DNA from: the human T2T-CHM13v2.0 reference genome, Homo sapiens
DNA: 64,000 bases
Direction: 5' to 3' (one strand)
Assembly (NCBI RefSeq): GCF_009914755.1
Contig: NC_060925.1
Shown: one piece after another, positions 26,806-41,515 of the stretch
Layout of the letters: each line of letters opens with the position of its first letter
Position numbering within the stretch: the stretch's first letter is position 1
The notes under the pieces: model-generated
What the model saw: the letters and a program-made list of their open reading frames with translations, nothing else
Told to the model about the DNA's origin: nothing
Database searches by the model: none
Made by a program: the position numbers and the translations under genes

Positions 26806-27694
26806 TTTACCAACCATCTAAATTATTTCAATGTTTTAACAGCCTGTTTGGCTAAATAGATGTGTGCTAGAGAGCTATCACTTTCCACGTGGGTAAAGTG
26901 GGCTCTATGAGGAGACTATAGAGTGTGGTGCGGACTGTAGTAAGCTTGAGCAGCCTGCGCAGCCTGCACCCCTGAGTGCATTGGAACGGAGTCCAGTGGA
27001 TTTGTATGTGCATTGGAAATATCCTTTTTTAAAATGACTCTTTTACCCTGTGCAGATGAAACAAAACACATATGCAGGATGGTCATGGGCATTTATCGTT
27101 ACATGAGACTTCATACCCAGATTTCTATCTTAATAGCTAATGAATTTTAACACCAATGCTTCAAGTAAGAAACCTCAGGGTTTATTTTAACCTTTTCATT
27201 CATTTCTCTATTTCTTCATTTATTTATCCAACACTACTGAAGACTACTTCTTTTTCCTTACATTTCCTCATTTATTTTCTAATACCTTTATTGTTAGGCT
27301 ATGCATCTCCATCTCCCAATTAACTCTCAGAACAGTACCTAGCCTTACTTTCCTGCACTTTGACATCATACAGTGATGCTTATTATTTTGCTTATTATTC
27401 TCAAAATTCATTTTTTTGTATTTCCATTTAATAATTATTGGACAACTTCCATGCACAAGGCACCATGCTAGGTGCTGGTATAAAAAAAATTATAAGACAG
27501 CTTCTTATAGCCATCGAGGAGCTTGCTGTCTAACTTGACTCAACTATCCATCGACAAAGTCTTATTGAGGTTCTGGCTGCCATCGTCTTATTTAATCCTT
27601 AGAGATGCTGATTGAATGGTCTTCTCTCTCTCTCTCTGTTTACCCTCTTTCCTCATGCTACCATAGTGATTTCCTCAGCATCTCATATCAGGGG

Positions 27695-28208
27695 TGTATT
27701 AATCAGGGTTCTCCAGAGAAACAGAACCAATAGGATACAGAGAAATAGATACATAGGTAGATATATATATATAAATATATGAGAAGATTTATTATGAGAA
27801 TTGGCTTGCAGGATTGTGGAGCTCAGGAAGTCCCACAATATGCCATCTGTGGGCTGGAGACCCAGGAGAGATGGTGACATAATTGAGTCTGAATCTGAGG
27901 CCTGAGAACCAGGAGAGTTGATGGTAGAATTCTCAGTCTGAGGCTGAAGGTTTGAGAGTCAGGAGCTGTGATGTTTGAAGGCAGGAGCAGATGCATGTCC
28001 CAGCTCAAGTAGAGAGAGAGTGGGAATTCATCCTTCCTTTGCCCTTTTGTTCTATTCTATTCTAGGCCCTCAATGTACTGGATGTTGCCCAGCAAAGATC
28101 TTCTTTTACTCAGTTTACTGATTCAAATGATGATCTCCTCTGGAAACTTTCTCACAGACACACCCAGAAATAATGTTTTAACAGCAGTACAAAAAATTAA
28201 CCATCCCA
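27695..28208 (-). mobile_element. MLT2B/C/D (ERVL) solo LTR
   Basis: tgtattaatcagggttctccagagaaacagaaccaatagg...cacagacacacccagaaataatg...aaaattaaccatc. Confidence 0.88.
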
Positions 28209-29060
28209 ACGGCCTCATTCTTGTTCTGTGTCTCATAGTCCTTATGAAGTCCCTGGACCATGTCATCTCCCAGTCCCTCCACACCCTCCCCCTTTCCCTT
28301 TGTGGCGTTCAGACTTGCTTGGTCAATCCAAATTCCCTTTCCCTTGCTGAGCCCTCCTGCACCCTCAGATCTCCCACTTCACCAGGAAAATGTTCATCAA
28401 CCCAGTGCACTAAGGCCTATGGCTTTCTCTGAGTCTTTATAGCTGAGATCACACCTCATCTGGGGAGATCCGTGCCCTCTGCCCTTGGCTGGGACATACT
28501 GTTAACACGTTTCCTAAAGGATTAGGTGCAATGTGAAATGCCACATCCAATAAGGGAAGGACGCTGCTTGACAAAAAGGAGCACCAGACTGACTTAGCAA
28601 AAGGAACTGGGGAAAAAGACAAAAGAGAGAAGGGTAAATGTACTTTTAATTATAATTTTTAAAAGGAAAGGCTTCCCTCTTCTAAACTTCTAAGAGGCTG
28701 TGAACAGTGGTGAGTCCTGAAGCAGCTCTGTGCAGGCCACACCATAGAGATTGGTCCGTTTCACAGGTGGAAGAGAACGATGCCTTGGATTCCATTCAAG
28801 TTGCTTTTTCCCCAGTTTACTGCCAAACCTGCGCTAAGTCAAGCAGAGAAGACATGCGGTAAGGTTAGATGAGTGAATGCCGTTCTTCAATGTGTCTCTT
28901 TCCCAGATTTCTGTGGTCAAGGCTATTTACATGGAAATGAGGGTGTGCCAGGACCTCTGATCTGGTCCTGTTGCCTTTAAGGGATTAGAGAGAGAAAGTG
29001 GCCATGTCAATTTTCAGAGATTCACTTACTGCTATATAAAGAAATTACTGCCATACCAAA

Positions 29061-29338
29061 TATTATGTATTGAATTTTGCCCCCCATCCCCCAAAGATAT
29101 GTTGAAGTCCTAACCCTGGTACCTTAGAATGTGACCTTACTTAGAAGTAGGGTCTTTACAGGAGCAACTAAGTTGAAATGAGGTCATTAGGATGGGCCTT
29201 AATCTAATAAAATGCTGTCCTTAGAGAAAGTTGGGACAGATACAGACACGCAGAGAGGGAAGATAATGTGAAGATACACAGGCAGATGATGGTTAGATGG
29301 CAGATGACTTTGCTAAGGCAGTCATAGAAAACTAATAC
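29061..29338 (+). mobile_element. MLT1B/C-type MaLR LTR, internally deleted
   Basis: aaagatatgttgaagtcctaaccc...gaatgtgacctta...agggtctttacag; ends gaaaactaatac. Confidence 0.8.
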
Positions 29339-29546
29339 TCCTCCTTTACTTTGTCAACAGTCCCACAGCAGGTCGGCCTACAGCCTACCACAGGCCAACT
29401 AATACAAAGTAAGCTGCTTCTGCTTAGAGAGTATATTGCCGACACATTTGGACACAAAATCAGTATTCAGCTATAGGCTGATAACACCTTCCATGTTACA
29501 ATACAGGTTCTAGATACAGTATAATGCCCTCTCTGCTATTCTAGAG

Positions 29547-29741
29547 CTGCACTGTCCAAAACACCATTAGCCACATGTGAGTGTCTAAAATGAAATTTCA
29601 ATTCAAATGATTAAATTAAAAATTCTTAGCCACATTAGCCCGATATCAAGTGCTCAATAGTCATGATGACTTGTCACCGTATTGGACACCACAGATGTAG
29701 AACATGTTCATCATTGCAGAAAGTTCTGTTGGACAGTGCTG
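29547..29741. mobile_element. MER3 (hAT-Charlie MITE)
   Basis: TIRs ctgcactgtccaa / ttggacagtgctg; perfect 8-bp TSD ttctagag (29539-29546, 29742-29749). Confidence 0.9.
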
Positions 29742-31993
29742 TTCTAGAGAATGAAATATTCTATTCAGTTGGTTGTACTGGTTAACTGAGAAATACCACA
29801 TATCCTTTGAAAAAAGAAAGGAAAGAAAACAAAAAAGAAGCTGATACAGTTACCTCTAAAATAGTGCTTTCATAAATCTGAAGGCATGTTATAGTTTTGA
29901 AATATTTTAGGGGTAGGAGTATGACTTTCAATACTCACTGTACTGACAGAGGGCCAGAATGTTGGCAAATGGAAAGCTGGGTTGATTGAATGCTAAATAA
30001 ATCAGCATTTTCTGTCTCAACTATGGCCCAAATACAAAATCTAACCACTCTGGGGAATAATTTAGGAACATTTAAAGTCATTAGGATCATTAGATCTGAC
30101 TCAAGTGATGCAAAATAAACAACCCTCCCAGCCCGATTTGGAATCAGTTCTACTGCCTTCAAAGTTGAGGCTAAGTCCTCTGAGCTTGAATATATGACAA
30201 ATGTTTTTCTTTGTTTGGCTATGTTTATTCTCACATCTATTTTTTTTTTCAGTGTTTGTTTCACTGAAAATGATCTATAACAATCTATAACCCTAATTAC
30301 TTATTGTCTCAGAGCCATAGGACTGTTAAGGACTGGGTAGTATAATTTGTCTCTTTGCCTCCAGTCTGGAATTCAACTGAGCAGGCTGTCTATATATTGC
30401 TGTGTACTGATCCCCATCCTTCATGAAAACATAATCAGCTCCAGAGGATACCTAGTATGATATTACTAGCACCATTTTTCTTGCTACCTCATTTTTCGTA
30501 ATGGAATTTTTACATTTTTTCCAGATCTTTGGGTCAGAGTGACATTTAGTTTGCCCCTCTGACTTCTAGCTGCAATTTTCTTTGTCTGAACTACACAGAG
30601 GGAGACAAAATATCCCTTTTTATTGTGGTTAGAGGTCTCACCAAGGAACAGTGGCAGGAATGTAGCTCTAAATTCTTAAATAACTAAGTGATACTTTATA
30701 GACAGAGGAGACTTCAAAAATATTCTTCACTGACTTGGCTTGAAGAAATTAACACACTCTTCTATTAAAAAAATTCTGTCTGTACTTAAGAGAAATGTGG
30801 TGTTCTAAGTTTTAAATAAATTGCTGGAGAAGGACCTCACCCCAACTTCTAAGCAAGGACAGTCATCCTACTCAGTTTTATTGAGAACAGTGATTTGGAT
30901 GTTTATTTCTTTTGTTCTACCAAAAAATGTTGTGTCAGTTGTGTTGCAAGAGATACAGAGCTGGCTGGGCTCTGATAAAGCTTATTATGATGGCATGATG
31001 AAGAGGAGGATATTCTCCTGGAAAAGCAGGCTGGGACTCTGTGAAGGCCTTGTTAATTCCCTAGAAAAGCAGGCCACTGGGACGCAGTGGGATTCTCACC
31101 TTTCCAAGACCAGCAAGCCACTGATATGATTGGCAGATTATTATGTCAATTAAGATTAAAGAGGAATAGATGAAACAGGAGAGAGAAATTGAATAAGAGA
31201 ACATTTTCTATGTAGAGGGTAGAGATGTTTTATTACATTTTCTAGCTGCTTCTCATCCTAGCCAGTCTGTCCTTCCCTTCAGTATGGAAGATACATGGCA
31301 TTTCCCATTTTAAGAAATCAAAAAACAAAAATCTAAGCCAAAAGACCCTGAGCATTTAAGAAGAATAGCTAGTATGAAAAAACTTTCTAAATTACCAAAG
31401 TATAAACATACAAGATTTCTTTGAGTAGTGAGATTTGGCCGAAATCTTTGTTCAGATTTTATGCAAATCAATTTTGTTTCTTTTCTATCTAGGTTCTGGA
31501 TATCTCACTATTCACTGAAGCTGGTTTACCATGGGCTGCTCTTTCTGTTATTATGGGGTTTTTATTGCAATTTATAGATAATTCTTAATCTCTACTTCCA
31601 AATTTGTAACTGCAGCCCAGATCTCTTTCTTGGACTTTAGATCCATGTATTCGATCCTACTCCACTTGGTGTCCCAATGGACAAGATTCCAGTTGCTTCC
31701 AGCATTCCAGTTGCTTAGCCCCAAAACCTGGGAGTCAACCTTGACTCTTGTTTTTCACATCACACATCTACCCAGTCAGGAAATTCTCTTTCAAAATATC
31801 TCCAGTCTGTCCACTTCTTAACTCTCCTACAGTTACCATTTGCCACCACCATCTCTCACTTTGATTAGTATTACGCTAGCCACTCAGCAGTTCTCTGCTT
31901 CCATCTTTACTCTTTATAGTTTCTTGACCTAGCAGTCAGAGTTTTGGAGCCATTGCAGAGTTTTTAGCAGAGGAGTGACGTGATCAGACTTAC

Positions 31994-32302
<309 letters not shown>

Positions 32303-32330
32303 TAAAACAACCTCCTTTTTCAAATATCAC

Positions 32331-32758
32331 TGCTATGGTTCAGAGATGGTGTGTTTGGTCCCACCTAGTCTCATGTTAAACTTTGATCCCCGGTGTTGGA
32401 GGTGGGGTCTGGTGGAAGACGTTTGGATTGTGGGGATGGATCGCTCATGAATGGCTTGGTGCCATTCTCATGGGAGTGAATTGTCACTCTAGGTTCCCAC
32501 AAGAATTGCTTGTTGAAAAGAGCCTGGTACCTCCTCTTCTCTCTCTGGGTTTCTTTCTCATCATGTGATAACTGCCCCCTTTTGCCTTCCACCTTGAATG
32601 GAAGATTCCTGAGGCCCTCACCAGATGCAGATGCTAGTGTCATGCTTCTTGTACAGCCTGCTGTGAGCCAAATAAACTGTGAGCCAAATGAACACTTTTT
32701 CTTTATAAATTACCCAGCCTCAGGTTTTCCCTTATAGCAATACAAGTGGACTAAGGCA
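32331..32758 (+). mobile_element. MSTB-type MaLR solo LTR
   Basis: tgctatggtt...ggactaaggca; perfect 5-bp TSD atcac (32326-32330, 32759-32763). Confidence 0.92.
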
Positions 32759-34269
32759 ATCACCCACTCGGTAAAGCCCACTATAAACACCTGATTTAAA
32801 TGACAGGCTATCTTTCCTTAGCATTCTCAATGACATTAGCCTGATCAATTTTTCACAGTACTAATTGCTTTTTCTCACAATATGTAATTCACCCATTTAT
32901 CATGTTTATTGACTGTCTCTCATCCCCCACTCCTGCAGAATGTAAGCTATATGAAGGCAGACATTTTGTCTATTCACTGATATATTCCAAGTATTGGAAT
33001 TATACGTGGCACACTGTAGGCAGTACATGAATATTTGTTGAATGATTTTAAAATATTTTCTTTGTAACCCATCCAAGAGTCTTCAAACATGTACAGTGAA
33101 GGTGACATTCTCCCCCTGCTCCTTAGAAATATTGACCAGGTGCTCTAGCTTTTCCATTTAGAGTTAGATAATAAAAATCCTTGAGACAGTTTTTGCTACA
33201 GGGACAGAATTATTTCAGGGCTTTAAATGGCCCACTTCCATGTAATAACAGTCAAATTGAAAGTATTTCCCCCGTCCTAGCTTTTGAGTCCGTAATGAGG
33301 AGGAAGCACAAATGGCTCTGGCTCCACATCCCCTGCAACCTAGTTCTACTCCTCCAACCCAGCTCACTAGCCCAGGCTTCTGACTCCTTCAGAATTGGGA
33401 AGAAGGAATTAAGGAAATGCACAGTATTCAGAGATTGGTATTTTCATGATATGTTCTTAGTGTTCATGAGGCTTGGCAAATATAAATCCAGATCTTCCCC
33501 TTAGGATCCATTTTGCGGGTTTCTAAAAAACTCCTCATTGGGAACCTCCAATGACTAGTCCTGTGATGTGGGATGCGATTGGCCACTCAACACAAACTCT
33601 CAGTCTGTGGGCATCTGGCCTCCCGCCCCGCAAGATTCTCTCTGGTAAACCTCTTGAGCAAGGTCTCTTTGAACACGGCTCCAGCCTGGCTCCCACAAGA
33701 CCCACAAAAGCCGTGGTTAGTGGGAACCTCTCCTCCATCCTCGCCTGTGTGAAAATGCAACTCTCTCTCAGGGGTGTCCACTTTCCCTGAACGCTGCCCC
33801 TTAGCCTGGCTGAGCCATGGCATCTCGCCTTTAGACTTTTCAGCTCAATCAGAGACCAGCCCATTAATTAGACCCTTAAGCCTCTCACTAGATCTCAAGG
33901 TGCGGGGGGAAAACACCCCTCTTCTTCCCCTTGTGGGAGAAACAGGGCCAGAGAGGGGATGCAGAACATAATTACAGCTTCTCCAGAGAAATTCCTGCTC
34001 TTAAGTTTTTCAACTCCAACCCTGTTGGACTCCTGAGATAGGTGATGGACTAGGGATTGACAAATGGGTTGCTGAGTACCCTGTTTGCAAGTCTTGTGGA
34101 AGTGCCTGGGGCCTATTATTTTGTTGTTAGCCAATGGGAAGATCAAACAGAGATAGAATGAGTCATATTTCAGCACCCAGCTTATAAGTTTAAGATGTAA
34201 AGGTATGAGTTGAGGTTGTCAGGATATCCTCTAATTCTCCCTGTTCCCACACGCTGCCCCATTCCGGGC

Positions 34270-34805
34270 TCAGAGACTTCGTGTGGCTGGCTCCTCCTTC
34301 GTTTCAGGTCTCAGCTTAGGTGTAGCTGTCCTCAGAGGCCTGCTTTGCCCATCCAGCCTAAAGCAGGTCCCTGTTGTACTCTCTCAGCTCCCTCTTCTTT
34401 TCCTTCACATATTTATTACAGTTTGGAATCATATATATATATTTAGGTGATTAATTTCTGTCTCCTACACCAGACTATTAGCTATATCTGCTTGGTTCAT
34501 AGTGGCTTCCCTGGAGCCCAGCACAGAGTTTATTATGGGGCTCATGCTCAGAAATGTTAGGGTATACTCCAATATAGTTTAGAGCTCTTGTCTTGGAGCT
34601 CCACTGCCTGGGTGTGGACATCCGTTGCTTACTAACCATGTGCTCTCAGGAAAACCATTTAGTTTTTTGTGCCTCAATTTCCTCAGTTGTAAAACTGGGA
34701 CAATAATAGTACCAAATATTAAGTGTTATATAAATTAATATAAAGTACTTAAAAGGAGTTCATGGCACATAGTAAGTGCTTTAAAAGTGTGTGCTATTAT
34801 TATTA
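34270..34805 (+). mobile_element. L2 3' fragment (~34270-34560) followed by a MIR (~34570-34805)
   Basis: tttcaggtctcagctta...ctcagaggcct; gtgcctcaatttcctcagttgtaaaactggg...tggcacatagtaagtgct. Confidence 0.65.
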
Positions 34806-35582
34806 ACTGCATGGGTGAAGCATTGTCTTCTATGTAGTAGAGAAAGTGTTTTTAGGGAATATTCAGTTAACAAAGAACTATCTTTTCACAACAAGCTGAA
34901 GAAAACTCGCTGGTGTAGTGCGTTTCAGGAAATAGGAAGTCATCCCCAATACCCTAGAACTGAGAGCTGCCCCTTGTATCACATCACACAGATCTGGGGA
35001 GAGAACATTCAGAATAGCAATCTAGTTCAATGGCTCAAGCACAGGCTTTGGAGGTAGACAGATCACGATCAAATCTTGCCTCTTTCACTTAGAAACTGTA
35101 ATTTTGGAGAGGTACTCAATTTATCTCTGAGGCTCAGTTTATTTACACAGGCATACCTCATTTTATTGTGCTTTGCTTTAGTATGCTTTGCAGACACTAC
35201 GTTTTTGTCTTTGTTTTTATAAATTGAAGGTTTTGTGTCAACCTTGCATCAAGCAAGTCTATTGGTACAATTTTTCCAACAGCATGTGTTCACTTCATGT
35301 TCCTGCGCCACATTTTGGTAATTTTTGCAATACTTCAAACTTCTTCATTACTACTATATCTGTCATGGTGACTTGTAATCAGTTATCTTTAATATTACTG
35401 TTGTCATTTTTGGGGGTGTCATAAACTATGCCTACATAAGTTGGCAAACTTAAATGATGAATGCTGTGTTTGTTCCGACTGCTCCACCAACTGGCTATTT
35501 CCCTGTCTCTCTCTCTCTCCTGGGGCCTCTCTATTCCCTGACATCCAACAATATTGAAATTGGGCCAGTTGGTAACCCTACA

Positions 35583-37300
35583 ATGGATTCTAAGTGTTCA
35601 AGGGAAAGGAAGAGTCTTACATCTTTCACTTTAAATCAAAAGCTAGAAATGATTAAGCTTAGTGAGAAAGGCATAATCAAAGCTGAGACAGGCCAAAAGC
35701 TAAGCCTCTTGCACCAGTTAGCCAAATTGTGAATGCAAAGGAAAGGTTTTGGAAGGAAATTAAAAGTGCTACTTCAGGGAATCCACAAAAGATAAGTGAA
35801 ATAGCCTTATTGCTGATAGAGGAAAAATTCGAGTGGTCTGGATGAAAGATCAAGCCAGCCACATTTCCTTAAACCAAGCCTAATCCAGAGCAGAGTCCTA
35901 ACTCTCTTCAATTCTATGAAAGCTGAGAGAGGTGAGGAAACTGTGTAAGAAAAATTAGAAGCAAGCAAGGTTGGGTTCATGAAGTTTAAAGAAAGAAACC
36001 ATCTCCATTGTCGTAAAAGTGCAAGATGAAGTGGCAGGTGCTGATGTAGAAGCTGCAGCAAGTTATCCAGAAGATCTAGCTAAGAACATTGATGAAGTTA
36101 GTTAAACTAAACAACAGATTTTCAGTGGAGAAGAAACAGCTTTCTATTGGGAGAAGATATTATTTTAGGAATTTCATAGCTAGAGAGAAGTTAATGCCTC
36201 AATTCAAATCTTCAAAGAAGGTGCTGACTCTCTTGTTAGAGGCCAGTGAGCTGATGACTTCAAGTTGAAGCCCATGCTTGTTGGCCATTGTGAAAATCCT
36301 AGGACCCTTAAGAATTACGCAAATCTATACTGCTTGTGCTCTAGAAATGGAAAAAAGCCTAGATGACAGCACATCTGTTCACAGCATGGTTTACTGAATA
36401 TTTTAAGCTCACTGTTAAGACCTACTGCTCAGCAAATTGATACTTTTCTTTTGTCTTTTTAAAAATTTTTTTCTGAGACAGTGTCTTGCTCTGTTGCCCA
36501 GCTGGAGTGCAGTGGCATGATCTTGGCTCACTGCAACCTCTGACTTTGACACTCAAGTGATCCTCTGGCTTAGCCTCCTGAGTAGCTGAGACCACACGCA
36601 TGCACCACCATGCCTGGCTAATTTTTGTATTTTATGTAGGACAGGGTTTCGTCATGTTGTCCAGGCTGGACTTGAACTTCTGAGCTTAAATGATCTGCCT
36701 GCCTTGGCCTCCCAAAGTGCTGGAATTGCAGGTGTGAGCCACTGCACCCAACCGAAATGATTATTTTCAAAATGTTATTGTTCATTAACAATGCACCTGG
36801 TCACTCAAGAGCTCTGATGGAGATGTACAAGAAGATGAATGTTGTTTTCATTCCTGTGAACACAATTCATTCTATAGCCCATGGATCAAGGAGTAATTTC
36901 AACTTTCAAGTCTTGCTATTTAAGAAAAACTTTTCATGAGGCTACAGCTGTCATAAATAGTGTCACCTCTGATGGATCTGGGCAAAGTAGATTGAAAACA
37001 TACTGAAAAGGATTCATCATTCGAAATGCAATTAAGAATATTTGTGATTCATGGGTGGAGGTCAAAATATCAACATTAACAGGAGTTTGGAAGCAATTGC
37101 TTCCAACTCTGCTGGTTGATTTTGAGGGGTTCAAGACTTCGGTGGAGGAAGGAATTGAAGGTGGTAGAAATAACAAGAGAATTAGAAGTATAGCCTGAAG
37201 AAGTGATTGAATTGCTGTAATCTTATGATAAAACTTGAATGGATGAGGAGTTGTTTTTTATGGCTGAGCAAAGACAGTGTTTATTGAGACATAATCTACT
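35583..37300 (+). pseudogene. Disrupted Tigger1 pogo/CENP-B-like transposase ORF (end approximate)
   Basis: [30 protein letters not shown] at 35583, and [20 protein letters not shown] from the DDE region; stops, frameshifts and an Alu insertion. Confidence 0.85.
36443..36755 (-). mobile_element. AluJ inside Tigger1
   Basis: Complete dimer with J-type motifs. Confidence 0.9.
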
Positions 37301-37451
37301 CTGAAGTGAAGATACTGTGAACATTGCTGAAAAGACAAAGAATTCACAACATTACACACACTTAGTTGATACAGGAGTGGCAGGTGTGAGAGGACTGACT
37401 CTAGTTTTGATAGAAGTTCTACTGTGGGTAAAATGCTAACAAAGAGTATCA

Positions 37452-37831
<380 letters not shown>

Positions 37832-39089
37832 TTATTTGAGAAATTGCCACAGACACCCCAACCTTCAGCAAATACCACCCGGAGCAGTCAGCAGCCATCA
37901 GCATTCAGGCAAAACCCCCCACCAGCAAAAAGATTATGACTCACTGGAGGTTGAGGTTATTGTTAGCATTTTTAAGTAGTAAAATATTTTTAAATTATTT
38001 ACATTTTTTGGACATAATCCTATGGCACATGTCAGAGATGACAGTATAGAGTAAACATAACTTTATATGCCCAGGGATAGCAAAATATTCTGTGACTTGC
38101 TTTATTGTGATATTCTCTTTATTGTAATGATCTGAAACTGAACCTAAAATATCTTCAAGGCATGCTTGTCTTTAAAATGGGAAAAATAGTAGTACCTATC
38201 TTACAGAGTTTTGTAAGGATTATATGATTTTGGATACATAGTAGTATTTCACACATCTTAAATTGTTGCAAACAGCTATCATTAATATTTTACTACTAAC
38301 ACTAGTTAAAGCCATACACAAATAGTGGATAAGGACTCTGTACTTTAGAGGTAAATTTTTAGAAATTCCATATAGAGTGTGTTTTTGTTTTTTGCAAGAA
38401 GTATAACCTCATTATAAGGAAAACCAAGAAAAAAAGGAATCTCAGTTTCAATCCCTGCTTATTTCGAGTAATATTTACTATGATTAGTTTCTAGTATGTA
38501 ACATAAATCGGATTGCATATGTGAAGAATGATTAGAATCCCAATCATCCCTGAATTTACAGGCACATGAAGCACCTCCTCATGAAGGCACATAGAACTCT
38601 TAGCACTGAAGGTGCCATGTAAGTCAGAGGTACTGGTGGTATCTCAATGAAACCGACTGGAATAGCCTTCTCCGCACACAAATAAATTTCTTAGTTTTTA
38701 ATCTGGAAAACTTTAATACGAAATCCTCAGTATCTGATTTACTGGGAAACATAAGTTTGAATTACTTTAGAGATGCAGATTTCTAGTTAGTTCTATGATA
38801 ATTCGGATGACAAAGCTAGATTTCCATTTAGAAATAATTTAATTTACATTTACTTCTTTGAATAACTTGTGTTATTCAACAAATACCCAGTGTATTTTAA
38901 GTGGCAGTCGGGGGAAAATACAGTTTACAAAGACATTCTACCTATAAGATTACATCTCTGTTCAGAATAGGCTCAGAGCACGTGGCCTAGGTGCGGCCAT
39001 TAACAACTTCTTCTTATAATCAATCTCGATGATTAAATATTTTGAGAACATTTGCTTGGTCCATTTCTTGGGCAATTCTTTTTGATTAT

Positions 39090-39496
39090 TGATACAGCTT
39101 GGATATTTATCCCTGCTCAAATCTCATGTTGAATTGTAATTCCCAATGCTGGATGTGTGGCCTGGTGGGAGGTGTTTGGATCATGGGGGCGGATCCCTGA
39201 TGGCTTGCTGCTGTCTTCATGATAGTGAGTTCTGTGAGATCTGATAATTTAAAAGTGTGTGGCACCTCCCTCCCGCCCACCCATTTTCTCTCTCTTTCTC
39301 TCTCCTGCTCTGGCCATGTGATATGCCTGCTTCCCCTTCCACCATGATTGGAAGCTGGCTGAGGGCTCCCCGGAAGCAGATGCTGCCATGCTTCCTGTAC
39401 AGCCTGCAGAACTGTGAGCCAATTAAATCTCTTTTCTTATAAATTATCCAGTCTCAGACTTTTTTTTTAATAGCAATGCAAGAATGGCCTAACATA
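39090..39496 (+). mobile_element. MSTA/MSTB MaLR solo LTR
   Basis: tgatacagcttggat...caaatctcatgttgaattg...gaatggcctaacata; perfect TSD attat (39085-39089, 39497-39501). Confidence 0.92.
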
Positions 39497-41003
39497 ATTA
39501 TGTATACTTGATGTGATAGCATTTTTTGTTTTTTGTTTTCTCAAGGAAGCTAAATAATTAAGATAGATTTTAAACTTTTTTTTGGGTCAGTGTTTATGGA
39601 TGTTCAAGTAACGCATTCAGCAGGATTCCAAATCTGTGGTTACTAGTTTGCTCATGACAATCACATGTTTCTGTTGCTGACCAGAAACCCAGGGTTATTA
39701 TACTTTCTTTCATCTCCCCAGGCTGCACTTCTAAATTGTCAGCTGTAGAATGTCAGAGAAACTGTTCCAAATGTCAGGGAGCCCCGTGGCCTCAGGCAGG
39801 TCAAGCCCCTGGGTTGCGTCTCCACCCTGCGACTGTTTCCTCTGTGACTTTCTTTCTGCATGTTTTCACTGAGAGTTCAGGCTATTGTTTGCTCGTCTCC
39901 TCACTCCTATTCTAGATTCAGAGAGCCAAAGCTTGGGAGATGGGGAATGTGGTAGAGAAAAGAGGCTTTTCTTTGCATTTCTCAGTACACTGAGATGCCT
40001 GGTTAGGGTGTTTGGGAGGAGACTTAGCACTCAGTCATCCTCCCGACAGGCCTTTCTTATCAACTTTCCTTATAATTAACCTTCCTCCTTTCATCCAAAA
40101 GCTTTTCTTCTTCTGTTACAGAGTCATGGTCTGATGCAGCTGGACATTATAGACAAGCAGAGAGGGAATGGATCCGAGGGTGACCTGGCTGAATTAAAAG
40201 TGCTGCATCTAAGTGTGTGCAGGTTGCAGTCCACAGTAATGGTGCCATTCGGAGCTGTGTGTACCTGCACTACTGCATCAGGTGACCTTATCCAGCATAA
40301 CGGTACAACAGAAATTTAACTTGAAACAGGTTTATTGACTTGCTTTCAGTGTTGGCAACTAATGTTCTAATTAAGCCTCTAGGTTTTGCTTATGGAACAC
40401 TTCCATTACATCAGAAATATAAAGTATTTTATTAGCAATTTCCTTTGAGAATGTATACCATCCATCAAAGTTGTCAAAAGCACAGTTTGTGGATTTAAGA
40501 GAGAATATAGAATATCAACATCACTCCTCGTCTCTTAGAGAATGCAGATAAGGTGCTTACTTGAATTAAAAACATTCAAATGAAGAAAAAAGTTCCATAT
40601 GTTAGAAATAAAACTGGAAAATAATTATATATAGAAAAGTATTTTTGTAATCTTGAAGAGGGGAGAAGCGTTCCTAAGCAGATACAACACCAGAAATCAC
40701 AAAGGAAAAACTTGCAGAATTGACTTTATAAAATTAATTTCTCATTTTTTTGCTTTTAATTGACCTTTTTATTTTTAGATAATTGTAGATTCACTTACAG
40801 TTGTAACAAACAATACAGATATCCGGTTTCCGCCAATGATAACATCTTGCAAAACTATAGTACAATATCACAATGGAAATATTAACATCGATCCAGTCAA
40901 GACACAGAACATTTCTATCACCAAAAGGAATCTTCAGTTAACTTTTTTATAATCATATCCACTTTCCTTCTGTCCGCTCTCCCTCCTTAAACCCTTGCAA
41001 CTG

Positions 41004-41364
<361 letters not shown>

Positions 41365-41409
41365 TCAGTGATATAGAAATGGAATAATACAGTATGTAAC
41401 CTTTCAGGA

Positions 41410-41515
41410 TTTTTTTTTTTTTTTAAAGCAGAGTATTGCTAGATTGCCCAGGCTGGACTTGAACTCCTAGGCTCAAGTGATCTTCCCGCCTCAGCCTACC
41501 TAGTAAGTGGGATTT
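41410..41515 (-). mobile_element. FLAM/Alu monomer fragment
   Basis: ttgcccaggctggacttgaactcctaggctcaagtgatc. Confidence 0.75.

Noticed and set aside
35583-37300. Domesticated TIGD1/CENP-B-like gene functionally linked to CENPF
   Set aside because: Many stops and frameshifts plus an Alu inside the ORF; Tigger1 is abundant, so the proximity is coincidental
40070-40319. Acceptor-like site at 40121 followed by a 61-aa ORF (similar acceptors at 25449 and 25547)
   Set aside because: No recognisable protein similarity or convincing paired donor; such sites are frequent by chance and need RNA evidence
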